A stretch of DNA of 64,000 nucleotides, taken from positions 681 through 64,680 of the IMG/VR virus record IMGVR_UViG_3300033182_000484. One strand, given 5' to 3'. Source of the DNA: a virus. Its lineage: Duplodnaviria > Caudoviricetes. How positions within the stretch are numbered: the stretch's first letter is position 1; each line of letters opens with the position of its first letter. Of this stretch, positions 18,983-28,166 are shown piece by piece. The notes below the pieces were generated by a model. It did no database searches. It was given only the letters and a program-made list of their open reading frames with translations, and was not told where the DNA came from. The position numbers and the translations under genes were made by a program.

Positions 18983-19338
18983 GACACTGTCGCTCCGTCC
19001 GTGACTCGCTTCCAGTTCGTCCCGTCGCTATACGCCGGGATCGCGCCTCCGGTCTCGTCCGTGCAGTAGACCATCGAGCACCCGCCATTGCGGGGCTTCG
19101 TCGCCTTGAACTTGGCGGGGTTCGTGGCGTTCAGCTGCGCCACCGTCGCGGGTGGCAGCAGCATCGGCTGATCCGTGGTGCGGACATTGTCCTGCAGCCC
19201 CTCGATCGCGTCCTCGGTCTGGCGGTGGAGATCCACAGCCCACTGATGCATGCGGGACATCCACTCCGTTACCTCGGGCGGGATGTCAGCCATCATCGGC
19301 GGTTCCGGCGGGTGGTTGGGGAAGCGGAACGCGGTCAT
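18979..19338 (-). CDS. Virion structural protein
   Basis: C-terminal YxTDxxGGAxPAYSDGTNWKRV motif typical of tail-associated proteins. Confidence 0.65.
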   Translation of the reverse strand: MTAFRFPNHPPEPPMMADIPPEVTEWMSRMHQWAVDLHRQTEDAIEGLQDNVRTTDQPMLLPPATVAQLNATNPAKFKATKPRNGGCSMVYCTDETGGAIPAYSDGTNWKRVTDGATVS

Positions 19339-21674
19339 CGTTTGGCCCCCACGCCTCGGTCATAGCGGACATTCGCTAGACGCCAGTAGTCTTCGGATCC
19401 GGTCGACTCAATGCGCATCCCGAGCTGACGGCATTCGAACTCGGAGTCGATCACCGCCGAGTTGCTGGAGCTGTCCGGGTAGGACGTGTTGCGGACCGTG
19501 AACGGCCCCTTGGATTCCTCGGTGTTGTCCGGCCACTGCTTCGCCTTGAGTGTGACGTCGACCGCTGTGTTCGACCCCCTCTCCATGGACAGGACCATCT
19601 TCGAGACCTGCTGCAGGACCGCCCCGTCCGCGATGTCGATCGGGGCGTACTCCACGAAACGAGTGACAGCGCCGCCATTGTCTCCGAGGCCGTCTTCCTG
19701 GAAGTACAGCGACCCCGTCGGGCTGACCGCGAGCGGCTTGTCGAACACGATGTTGTCGATCCACACGGACCGATCCCAGGTCCCCGGCGACCAGCCCATG
19801 ATGCCGCCGCCCTCCTGCAGATCCCACCGGATGTAGGTGTCGCAGTCGCCGTCGGCGGTGGCTGGGAAGAACCACTCGACCGCGTGATAGAAGTTGTCGA
19901 TCGTACCCCAGACCTTGGCTCCCTGGCCTTCCGCGAGCGTGTCTTCGAACCACTTCCGACACGGGCTCGGGACCTCCTGTGGGCCGCCTCCGGTGTAGAT
20001 GTAGAACGACTTCTGCGGCGTGATCCAGTAGCTCGACCCGTCGTCGTCGATGACGGCGTTCGGGCCCAGGGCCCCGCACCCGGTTCCAACCTTCTTCTGC
20101 GCGTACAGGTCGTCCTGGTCTCGAGTATAGCGGAACGCGTGCAGCGACCGCTCGGTCCAGGCCAGAATGCCGTTCTTCGAGTTCTTCGCCACGACGAACG
20201 CGTTGCCGCCACCGATCGGACCCAGGCTGCCAGATGTGTTCGACGCTGCCGGATACCAGCACTCGACGTTCACGCTGCAGGAGTGCCGCATCAGTGTCGG
20301 TCGGAAGTTGCTCTCGTCGTTCGTGCAGCCAAACGCCATCACGTTGTACTCGTCCGTGATGATCATGTAGCGCACCTGGGCGGGCGCGTTCTGGAGCGCC
20401 TGGGCGCGGCGCGAGGCGTTCGCGGTCCACTCGTAGATCGTGCCGTCGACCGGGTTCAGGTACGCGAAATCGATCCGATCATCGATCGCCCAGGTGCGCG
20501 CCTGGGGATAGGCCGACGGGCTCTCGGAGATCCCGAACGGGCCGGATCCATACCCACCCGCGCCAAACCCGGACCCAGCGGTGTTCTCCAGGCCGATCGT
20601 GATCTCGTAGTCAACGTCGACGCTGGAACCGCCGCCGGTCGTGCCGGACTGGGCTCCGGTCGCGACCACGTCGATCGTGTAATTATTCGCGTCGGTGATG
20701 CCGGTGATCTTGTGCATCTTGGCGTACTCGTACCCCGGAGTCCCTCCTCCGGTGGCACTCGACGTGGCCTCGCTGACGTGCTCGATCAGGTAGTTGTCGT
20801 CGTCCTCGACGTGAACGCCGTAGGACCGCTCGACGCTATAGGTTGCTGACCCGCCGCCGCCGGTGGCGCTCGACGTTGCCTGAGACGTGTGCGCGATGAC
20901 GTAAGTGTTGGCATCCGCGACCTTCAGAACGTAGTCGCCCGACGGGGTGATGCCTCCGACCGCCGCCGACCCGGCGATTGTCACGACCTCGCCGTCCTCG
21001 TAGCCGTGGCTCGTGTGGGTGACGGTGATCATCACGCTGTCCGCCGTCACGACAAACGGATCCGTCGCGTAGGTGCCGGACGACGTCCCGCCGATCGTGA
21101 TTCCTCCGACAGCCGTGGCGCTGCTGTAGCGAGCGATATCGCCGGTGCTCAGGCCATGACTTGTATGGGACACCACCACCAGACGGCGACCCGATATCGT
21201 CGTGAACGGGCTGGCCGACAGCGTACCATTGGCACCGCCGGGCGTCAGATTGTCGAATGTCGCGGATCCACGAATCAGAACGGTGTCGCCCTCGGCGGCC
21301 CCGTGCGCGGTATGCGCCACGGACACGGACACGGTCTGCCCAGCCCCGCCGCCCGCTGTCGTCGTGAACGGATCCGTCCCCAGGGTCGCGTATGACCGGA
21401 TCGGGGTGATGTTCCAGGCGCGTGACCCGCTATAGGCGTAGGCGCGCGTGTGGGTGCCCAGAACGCCCCATTTCCGTCCCGCTGACGTCGTGTAGACGTG
21501 CCCGCCCCGGCAGACCCCGTCGAGCGTGTCATCGCTCGCGGACGTCTCTCCTCCGCGCGCCTGGGGCCATCCACGGACCCAGCGGATCTTGTCCGCGTCC
21601 GTGGCGAACCCTCGGGCCGCGTAGGCCGGGTCGTCCTTCAGGACGCTTGCCCGATATGGAACCTCCCGCAGCAT
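19335..21674 (-). CDS. Tail nozzle / tubular protein B-like, with inserted repeat domains
   Basis: Beta-propeller-like 779-aa protein following the adaptor gene; D.DKIRW..G.P..GG N-terminus, WRLxxxRxD C-terminus. Confidence 0.7.
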   Translation of the reverse strand: MLREVPYRASVLKDDPAYAARGFATDADKIRWVRGWPQARGGETSASDDTLDGVCRGGHVYTTSAGRKWGVLGTHTRAYAYSGSRAWNITPIRSYATLGTDPFTTTAGGGAGQTVSVSVAHTAHGAAEGDTVLIRGSATFDNLTPGGANGTLSASPFTTISGRRLVVVSHTSHGLSTGDIARYSSATAVGGITIGGTSSGTYATDPFVVTADSVMITVTHTSHGYEDGEVVTIAGSAAVGGITPSGDYVLKVADANTYVIAHTSQATSSATGGGGSATYSVERSYGVHVEDDDNYLIEHVSEATSSATGGGTPGYEYAKMHKITGITDANNYTIDVVATGAQSGTTGGGSSVDVDYEITIGLENTAGSGFGAGGYGSGPFGISESPSAYPQARTWAIDDRIDFAYLNPVDGTIYEWTANASRRAQALQNAPAQVRYMIITDEYNVMAFGCTNDESNFRPTLMRHSCSVNVECWYPAASNTSGSLGPIGGGNAFVVAKNSKNGILAWTERSLHAFRYTRDQDDLYAQKKVGTGCGALGPNAVIDDDGSSYWITPQKSFYIYTGGGPQEVPSPCRKWFEDTLAEGQGAKVWGTIDNFYHAVEWFFPATADGDCDTYIRWDLQEGGGIMGWSPGTWDRSVWIDNIVFDKPLAVSPTGSLYFQEDGLGDNGGAVTRFVEYAPIDIADGAVLQQVSKMVLSMERGSNTAVDVTLKAKQWPDNTEESKGPFTVRNTSYPDSSSNSAVIDSEFECRQLGMRIESTGSEDYWRLANVRYDRGVGAKR

Positions 21675-22300
21675 CAGGTCTTGTTCCCGTCCATCTCAAG
21701 CGCGGTCTCGGTGTCGATCACCTCGGCAATCGCCGTCTCGAACTGGCTTTCCCAGGCCGCCGACAGCGGCATCTCCGGGGTGATCGCCTTCTTGAACAGC
21801 GCCGCCTCGTAGAGGCAGGCCTTCAGGTACAGGTCGTAGTGGTTCGTCGTGATCCAGTTCGACTTGTTCGACGAGGTGGCCGTCAGGACTTGGCTGTACT
21901 CCATCGTGTAGGTGTCAGCCACGGCAGGCGTCGGCACCACCAGGAACGTCCCCGCTGTGTCGGCCCCCCAGAACTTCGGCGTCCCGGTCGTGGCCTGCGT
22001 TGGCCAGTAGGTCCGCATATACGACTCCTGGCGATACTCCAGACGGACGTACTTGGAGGTGGTCGAGTCAATGAAGCTCCACTCCCGCATCGAAATGAAA
22101 CCGGACGGCTTGGAGATCGTCCCGGAGCTGACCGTGAACGTGTTCGAGGTCTGCGTCTGGAACGGCTGCAGGCCCTTCAGTCGCCGAGCGATCCGATTGG
22201 ACGCGTTCGCGATGATCTGGTCGCGCTCACCGGCCAGCTCGGCGGACTGGTTCTGCATCCAGGTCTGGATGTCGGAGATCAGATCATCATAGTCGGCCAT
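21674..22300 (-). CDS. Head-tail adaptor / tail tubular protein A-like
   Basis: Y.DL..I..W, I..A..RI.R, TGTPKFW, PTP..Y, NWI..YDL.L.ACL.EA..F.K pattern. Confidence 0.75.
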   Translation of the reverse strand: MADYDDLISDIQTWMQNQSAELAGERDQIIANASNRIARRLKGLQPFQTQTSNTFTVSSGTISKPSGFISMREWSFIDSTTSKYVRLEYRQESYMRTYWPTQATTGTPKFWGADTAGTFLVVPTPAVADTYTMEYSQVLTATSSNKSNWITTNHYDLYLKACLYEAALFKKAITPEMPLSAAWESQFETAIAEVIDTETALEMDGNKT

Positions 22301-22302
22301 GG

Positions 22303-22908
22303 CTACCTCACTCGGGTGGGCCAGCTCGGGGTGTAGGCGCGGCAGTCGGCGGGCGTGGTCAGCGCGTCGATCGCGACATAGGCGTCGTACTCAGCCGCCT
22401 CCATCTCGGAGATATAGCCCGACAGCGCGCTGTGGATCGCGGTGGCCAGGGCCTCGGAAGCCTCAACCGCCGCACCGGCGCGGGTCACGATCTTCTGGCT
22501 GCCGCCGCCTGCGGTCTTCTCCTTCAGGCGCGTGATCTGCCCCTGGCCGACGTCGTCCGCGCGGATCTGCGCACCGCCTGCGGCGGCCACGGTGATGCCC
22601 TGCTGGATTTCCATGTGGAAGCCACCAGTCACACGCGCCTTCGCCTCGGCCTTGGCTGCGTCTAGGACTGCCGCCTTCTGGGCTGCGGTGAGCGCCGTCT
22701 TCTTCCAGGCCGAGCCGTCCCAGGTCACCTTGTGGGTGTCCGGGTCGAAGTCGGGTCGGTCGTGACGCGTCACGCCGATCGACGCCCAGTCCTCGTCCGA
22801 GGTGGCGAGGCAGTCCGTGGCGGACTCGCCGTTGACCTTCTCGCGGAAACGCATCCGACGGGGCTGCGGCTCTCCAGGAAATAGATAGAAACCAGCTGCG
22901 TCAGCCAT
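22303..22908 (-). CDS. Tail fibre assembly / DUF4376-like protein
   Basis: PDFDPDTHK..W N-terminal part, helical C-terminus ending in WP; follows fibre genes. Confidence 0.6.
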   Translation of the reverse strand: MADAAGFYLFPGEPQPRRMRFREKVNGESATDCLATSDEDWASIGVTRHDRPDFDPDTHKVTWDGSAWKKTALTAAQKAAVLDAAKAEAKARVTGGFHMEIQQGITVAAAGGAQIRADDVGQGQITRLKEKTAGGGSQKIVTRAGAAVEASEALATAIHSALSGYISEMEAAEYDAYVAIDALTTPADCRAYTPSWPTRVR

Positions 22909-23663
22909 TACTTCTTCCTCCCAACCAAGTACCCGCCCGTCGAATTGACCGCGTACAGGCCGTTGTCTGCGGGGATGTGCAAATGTCCGGGCATGTTGAA
23001 AGTAGGGGTGCCGGTCGCCACGTTCGTGGGGTCCGTCTTCAGGGTGGCCAGAACCGTCGTTCCGTCACTGTCCCGGATCTCCAGCTTGTCGTCAGTGCTG
23101 CCGGACCACGGGGATCGCGTGTAGCAGTACCACCAGCAATCGAACCCAGTGGTGTTCTGAGCGGGCGTCAGGGGCAGGGTCTGTGTCGTCCACCCACCAT
23201 CATTCGCCGGAGCCTCGATGATGTTGGGATTGAAGTACGTCCTCGCGTCTGCCAGGGAGATGTCGAGATAGTCGATACACCCCGAGACAGTTGGGGACAA
23301 TCCACCAGACCCGGAAAACCTAGTGCTGGCCGGAAACCAGATATTGTGAAGGTTCGTGGCCAGAGACCCGTATGTCGCTGACGCGCCGCTCTCGACCCAC
23401 ACCAACCCGTTCTGAGACCCCCAGCCTTGAGCGACGTCGATCATCAGGCGGTGACTGTATGTCGTTGACCGGACTTGCGCCGACAGGATCACCATGCCAT
23501 TCGTCACGGCCCCAACCGCGTCGAGGCTGCTCGCGTCGACATTGCTCAACGCGGAGTTCAACGGCTCCGCCGTGAAGTCAGCGAACGGAAGAACGCTGTT
23601 CGCGCGAGTCATGACGTCCACATTGCCAATCCGAGGGAAGGGCGTGGTGCCAGCATACTGCAT
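22908..23663 (-). CDS. Putative receptor-binding / tail tip protein
   Basis: Beta-rich, S/T/N/W-rich, lower GC than neighbours; in the tail fibre cluster. Confidence 0.5.
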   Translation of the reverse strand: MQYAGTTPFPRIGNVDVMTRANSVLPFADFTAEPLNSALSNVDASSLDAVGAVTNGMVILSAQVRSTTYSHRLMIDVAQGWGSQNGLVWVESGASATYGSLATNLHNIWFPASTRFSGSGGLSPTVSGCIDYLDISLADARTYFNPNIIEAPANDGGWTTQTLPLTPAQNTTGFDCWWYCYTRSPWSGSTDDKLEIRDSDGTTVLATLKTDPTNVATGTPTFNMPGHLHIPADNGLYAVNSTGGYLVGRKK

Positions 23664-23673
23664 AGCTCTCTCC

Positions 23674-24021
23674 TTACCCGGTGATCTCCATCACCGACAG
23701 AACCACCTCGGCATCCGACGCGGCGCTTGCCCGGGCGCGGATCGCATCGGACACGCCGAGGACCAACTTGCCCAGAACTGGGTTCACCGCCGACCCGCCC
23801 GCAAGGTTCGATTCCTTGAGGAGGTAGCGGATGGTGGTGCCGCCGTCGATATCGACGCCGAAGTCCACGTCCACGGCGTTGGTGCCGTCGACATTCGAAA
23901 TGTTACAGCCGACCACGATGCCGCTCGTGGCGGTCGTCGGGCAGGTGTACACCAGAGCATTGGTCGTGGTGATAGCCTGGGTCGGCAGTGCCAGGGTGTG
24001 CTGAGTGAAAGTCTCGGCCAT
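23674..24021 (-). CDS. Small tail-associated structural protein
   Basis: YTCP..ISNVDG..KLVL..D.I..S.MEI family pattern in the tail cluster. Confidence 0.7.
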   Translation of the reverse strand: MAETFTQHTLALPTQAITTTNALVYTCPTTATSGIVVGCNISNVDGTNAVDVDFGVDIDGGTTIRYLLKESNLAGGSAVNPVLGKLVLGVSDAIRARASAASDAEVVLSVMEITG

Positions 24022-24030
24022 GATTTCCTC

Positions 24031-24804
24031 CTAGCCTAGAGCCATGATCTTGCCGATCGACGGGACATCGGCGTTCCGAGCGAGTTTCGTCCCGCCAGCC
24101 GTCGATCCGTCCATCACATGGACCGTGGACAGCGTGGTGTCGACCACCAGCTCTCGTGCCGATCCGGTGTACGCCTCGACGTTCGAGGTCGTGTCGCCAC
24201 GCACCTGCACCGTGGTGCCGGTCGTGGTGTTCCCCCAGTCAGACGTGAGCGGGAGAATCGCTGCAGCGGCGACAGCCGCGTCCACATAGGCCGCGCTCGC
24301 CGCGTCGTTGGACCCGCCGGTCGGCGAACCCAGGTTGGTCAGCTTGTAGCCCGCCATCGACACGTTCGTGGTCGGCGCGCCGATGCTGGACAGGGTGTTG
24401 CCGCTCTCGATCAGGTACGTCTCGGACGCATCGGTCATTACCAGGACCCGCTGGTCCGCCGTCAGCGTGACGCCCGTGCCGGAGCTGTTCTTGAACGTGA
24501 TCGTGTAGCCGTCGGTCGTGGCGTTCCAGAGGATCCACCACTTCTCCAGGTCCGGCGCGGTGATCGTGTGGTTCTCGCCCGGCGTGCCAGTGAACTTGAT
24601 CATGCGCTGCCGGTACTCGTTCGAGGCGTACTGCGTCGTGGTCAGCGTCGTCGACGCGCCCGTGCAGGCCACCTCGACGTAGCCGTCCAGGCTCTCGTCG
24701 ATGCTGTCCAGGGCCTCGTTCAGGTTCGTGTCGCCCCAGACCTCGTCGTTGGATCCGAGAGACTGCTTCCTGAACTTGTTCCTGGTTGTTGCGGAATCGG
24801 CCAT
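24031..24804 (-). CDS. Tail fibre/adaptor protein with Mtd-N-like C-terminal motif
   Basis: G.N..WG..N.. N-terminus; KLTNLG.P..DAA..YVD; VQVRG.T..YTG..ELVVDT..VMDG.TAGG resembles major tropism determinant N-terminal domains. Confidence 0.7.
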   Translation of the reverse strand: MADSATTRNKFRKQSLGSNDEVWGDTNLNEALDSIDESLDGYVEVACTGASTTLTTTQYASNEYRQRMIKFTGTPGENHTITAPDLEKWWILWNATTDGYTITFKNSSGTGVTLTADQRVLVMTDASETYLIESGNTLSSIGAPTTNVSMAGYKLTNLGSPTGGSNDAASAAYVDAAVAAAAILPLTSDWGNTTTGTTVQVRGDTTSNVEAYTGSARELVVDTTLSTVHVMDGSTAGGTKLARNADVPSIGKIMALG

Positions 24805-24805
24805 G

Positions 24806-26230
24806 TCAGCCTCCCATCGCCACGATGAACCCGGCGCTCTCGCCGCCGCCGCCAGCCGCTGTGTTGGACAGCTGCGTCTCGGTGCCATCCTCGCCCATCA
24901 CGAACAGCTCGGCGCTGCCGGTCACGTCCTTGGAGTAGATCGAAACAGCGTTGGCTGGCTGGGTGCTTGGGGCCGTCCCATTTTCAATTACGAAATTTCG
25001 GACTGCCCCGGTTCCATGATCGACACCGCCAAGCATCATATTGCCGGAACCATCCAGAGTCGCACGGGTGTTGGCTGCTACACCGAGATACATTTCCCTC
25101 GCGGTGTGTGCATACCGAAGATATCCATCATCCTCGTCCGCATCGTCGCCGAAATTAATGCCGCCGATCTTGTCGTTCGGCGTGATGATCGAGAAATAGG
25201 CGTCTTCGTTGTTGTTCAACAACATCCACGTCTGACCATCGAGCGTCGGGATGGTGGTGCCACCATCATCGCCCCGGAGATGCCACTTGGCGGCGGCGGT
25301 CGTGTGGCCCTGAACATAGGTACTGGAGCCGGTCATGATGACATTACCGGCGAGGGTGGCGTTCTGCGAACTGTCGATCGTGATCGCCGCCGTCGCCGCC
25401 GTCGCCAGGATCATCGTGCGGGTGCTGTGATTGTAGTTCAGGTATCCGTCGTAGGACGCTGTGCCCGTCGTCTCCGCGTCCGCGAAGTGGATCGCCCCTG
25501 CCGTCGTCGCGTGGATGGTGATGCCGCCGTTCGCGTCCGCGCCTACCACCACCAAATCGTTGGCCGCTGCGTTCCAATTACCCGGCGAGGTCGTCCCCAG
25601 GCCATGCGGGCCCGTTCCGCTCGTACGGATGAAGCTGTTGCCGGTGAGGGACGTGACTGTCGCCGCCGCCGCGCTCGATGCGCCAATCGTTGTGCCGTCG
25701 ATCGTGCCGCCGTTGATGTCGACCGTCGTCACCGTGCCTAGGTCCGCCCAAGTCGCGCCCGCCGCCGTCGGCGACGTCGTGATGATCGGCGACGTCAGGG
25801 TCTTGGCGGACAGCGTCTGGGTGTCGGTGGTGCCGACGAACGATCCCGTGATGCCGTGTGCGCCCGACGTCGGGTTGTCCACCTCGGCACCGTGCGCGAG
25901 ATTCGAAATCGTGTTGTTGTCGCCGTCGATCGTCTTGTTGGTCAGCGTCTGCGTGTCCGTGGTGCCGACCACCGACCCAGTCACGCCGTGCACGCCGCTC
26001 GACGGATTGTCGACCTCGGATCCGTGCGCGAGATTCGTGATCGTGTTCACGTCGGCGTCGATCGTGCTGTTCGTGATGGTGACCCCATCCAGCGCCGACA
26101 CGGCGGTGATTAGCTGGTTCGCCGTCGCGTTGCCGGTGACGGTCTCGGTCTGCACCAGAACCTTGTCCGTCGCCGAAACCGACGTCAGGTTCTCGAAGTC
26201 TCCGATGCGTTTCGCGGGTCCGACTGTCAT
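24806..26230 (-). CDS. Tail fibre protein
   Basis: T/G/S-rich, TDTQTLTNKT motif, IDGTTIG repeats, tandem 44-aa repeat. Confidence 0.75.
   Translation of the reverse strand: MTVGPAKRIGDFENLTSVSATDKVLVQTETVTGNATANQLITAVSALDGVTITNSTIDADVNTITNLAHGSEVDNPSSGVHGVTGSVVGTTDTQTLTNKTIDGDNNTISNLAHGAEVDNPTSGAHGITGSFVGTTDTQTLSAKTLTSPIITTSPTAAGATWADLGTVTTVDINGGTIDGTTIGASSAAAATVTSLTGNSFIRTSGTGPHGLGTTSPGNWNAAANDLVVVGADANGGITIHATTAGAIHFADAETTGTASYDGYLNYNHSTRTMILATAATAAITIDSSQNATLAGNVIMTGSSTYVQGHTTAAAKWHLRGDDGGTTIPTLDGQTWMLLNNNEDAYFSIITPNDKIGGINFGDDADEDDGYLRYAHTAREMYLGVAANTRATLDGSGNMMLGGVDHGTGAVRNFVIENGTAPSTQPANAVSIYSKDVTGSAELFVMGEDGTETQLSNTAAGGGGESAGFIVAMGG
25790..26070 (-). repeat. Tandem ~132-bp (44-aa) duplication inside the tail fibre gene
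   Basis: TIDxDxNTIxNLAHGxEVDNPxSGxHGxTGSxVGTTDTQTLxxKT occurs twice. Confidence 0.85.
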
Positions 26231-26234
26231 CGCA

Positions 26235-26543
26235 TCACTCCGTCAGATACCACTCGTTGCCGTCCTCGTCCCGACCCAGGATGTTGTGATCGTACGCGCC
26301 GAGGATCATCGTGCCGTCCGTCTCGGCGGATCGCACCAGTGCCTCGTCCGGGCGGGCGTTGCGGATCACGTAGTTCTCGGTCTGGCGCGCCGCCTTGCGG
26401 TACGGATCCAGCTCGTCATTGCAGGGCGGGCAGACCAGCATACCGGGGCTGTTGCCGTCCGGCTTCAGGACGTCGTGCGGCACCTTGAACCGGCACCGGT
26501 CACAGATCGCAATCCGCGTCGTCGTCGAGAGGTACTTAGGCAT
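26235..26543 (-). CDS. Conserved CxxC-CxxC virion-module protein
   Basis: AICDRCRFK..G.LVCPPC.D..DP..RPD. Confidence 0.75.
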   Translation of the reverse strand: MPKYLSTTTRIAICDRCRFKVPHDVLKPDGNSPGMLVCPPCNDELDPYRKAARQTENYVIRNARPDEALVRSAETDGTMILGAYDHNILGRDEDGNEWYLTE

Positions 26544-27606
26544 TGTACACTCCGATCTGCGGGATCAGGTACGTCGGCGAGTCGTCGCGCTCCTCGTCGG
26601 CGGCCTCGCCGAACAGGGACACGGCCTCGATCTTGTTGTTCTGGTGACGCGTCAGGCGGTCCGGGGTCATGTCCCCAGGCAGCTCCGGCATCATCGCCAC
26701 CGCGAGCGCGTACCGCAGCGCCATGCGCCACCGGTCCGGCACGTCGATGTCCAGGGTCATGTCGGTGCCCACGTCCTGGATCTGGGCGTGCCGCCAGACC
26801 ACCAGCTGATGCAGCGTGTTCTGGGCTGTCGGGTTGATCCACATGCGCGCCTGATCGCGCTGCCGGTCCAGCCAATACTGGTTCGGCTGCCCCTGGCCCT
26901 CCTTCGACGGCAGGTTCACGAACGTGTCGCGGTTCGTCCTGGTCAGCGGCGTCTCTGCCTGATCGCGTCCGAACACGATCTGCCGCGCCACGATCGTCCC
27001 GGTGGACGTCTCGCGCACCCGGAAATACTGCGCCGACTGCGGCTCGTCGATGTCCTTCCAGGTCCACTCACGGTCGGTGTACGTCGCGCTATCGATGTCC
27101 AGGATCGTGCGCCACGTCGACCCGTCGTCGGAGATTTCGAGAATCAGGTCCAGCGTGCCGGTCGACCCAGACAGGTAGCCGAACGTCGTGATCAGGACGG
27201 CGGATCCGAAATTGTACGACACGTTCCCGCCGCTCGACGTCTGGGTCAGGACCGTCGTCGTGTCGCTGTCGAACGCGTTTGCGACCGTGCCACCCGCCGA
27301 GGATGCGGGCGTGCCGCCGCTCTGGAGCGTCAGGGTGCGGTGGTTGACGTTCAGGACGTCGATGGTGCCCTCGGGCAGCGTGACGTACTGAGCGCCCGGA
27401 TACAGGCCCTGGACGATCTTCTCGACCCGCCAGAGGTTGATGCCCTTGTTCGACCAGGACTTCAGTAGCTCGTCGAGCGCCTGGAAGGCGACGTCCAGCA
27501 TCTCGGCGTTCAGCATCTGCGGCGTGATGCCACAGAGCCGGAACGACCGATCGAAGATCTCCTGGACCTTCAGCGTGGATGTTGAAACGGTCCCAGATGT
27601 GGCCAT
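26536..27606 (-). CDS. Head-tail connector-like protein with inserted discoidin/F5-8-like domain
   Basis: ATSGT..I..WSNKGINLW..P.K..G.P.QYW..R frame; insert AFDSD..T..ISDDGSTW..QYFRVR. Confidence 0.7.
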   Translation of the reverse strand: MATSGTVSTSTLKVQEIFDRSFRLCGITPQMLNAEMLDVAFQALDELLKSWSNKGINLWRVEKIVQGLYPGAQYVTLPEGTIDVLNVNHRTLTLQSGGTPASSAGGTVANAFDSDTTTVLTQTSSGGNVSYNFGSAVLITTFGYLSGSTGTLDLILEISDDGSTWRTILDIDSATYTDREWTWKDIDEPQSAQYFRVRETSTGTIVARQIVFGRDQAETPLTRTNRDTFVNLPSKEGQGQPNQYWLDRQRDQARMWINPTAQNTLHQLVVWRHAQIQDVGTDMTLDIDVPDRWRMALRYALAVAMMPELPGDMTPDRLTRHQNNKIEAVSLFGEAADEERDDSPTYLIPQIGVYNA

Positions 27607-27609
27607 GGA

Positions 27610-27834
27610 TCACCCATCGTACGGTGGATCCCCGTCGGCCACGCCATCCGGCGCAGGCTCCTTATCGGAGGTTTGCTGCTGCTTCCAGGTTTCGTTCTGA
27701 ACCTGCGTCTGGGAAGCGATTTTCCCGATGAGGCCGTTCGCCTCACGCCACGGACGCATGCTCAGAGTTTCGAGCACATAATCCACCTCTTCCCGAGATA
27801 GATCAAGATCGTACTTGGACGGGCCTTCACTCAC
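27610..27834 (-). CDS. Small helical protein
   Basis: GTG start overlapping the upstream stop; L..EEV..VL..L..P..E..LI.KI..Q pattern. Confidence 0.65.
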   Translation of the reverse strand: MSEGPSKYDLDLSREEVDYVLETLSMRPWREANGLIGKIASQTQVQNETWKQQQTSDKEPAPDGVADGDPPYDG

Positions 27835-28166
27835 ACGCCAACTCCCGCCTGGACGATGGTCAGCTTCACGCCGCTGGCCCCGGTTCCGCCGCTGGTCACG
27901 TTCAGGCGGACGGCACGGCACGGTTCCGTGAGCTGCCCCTGAATGTCGCCAGTTGCCCCCACCAGGGTTGCGTCGTGACAGCTGAACCACGTCATCCCGG
28001 ACTGATCCGTCACGAACGGGTTGTCCAGGCTGACCTGCACGGTCGCGGCGATGTCCTGGGTCGCGGTGATGGCGCAGCCCAGGTTGAACCCCGCGCCCAG
28101 ATTGATATCCACCGGAACGATGGTGCTCGTGGTGTTCTCGGTGACAGTGACGCTAGTTACCTGCAT
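27831..28166 (-). CDS. Virion structural protein
   Basis: Beta-sandwich-like, P..AVRLNVTSG..LTIVQAG. Confidence 0.7.
   Translation of the reverse strand: MQVTSVTVTENTTSTIVPVDINLGAGFNLGCAITATQDIAATVQVSLDNPFVTDQSGMTWFSCHDATLVGATGDIQGQLTEPCRAVRLNVTSGGTGASGVKLTIVQAGVGV

Noticed and set aside
24031-24250. Diversity-generating retroelement suggested by the Mtd-N-like motif
   Set aside because: No reverse transcriptase ORF and no TR/VR repeat pair seen in the window
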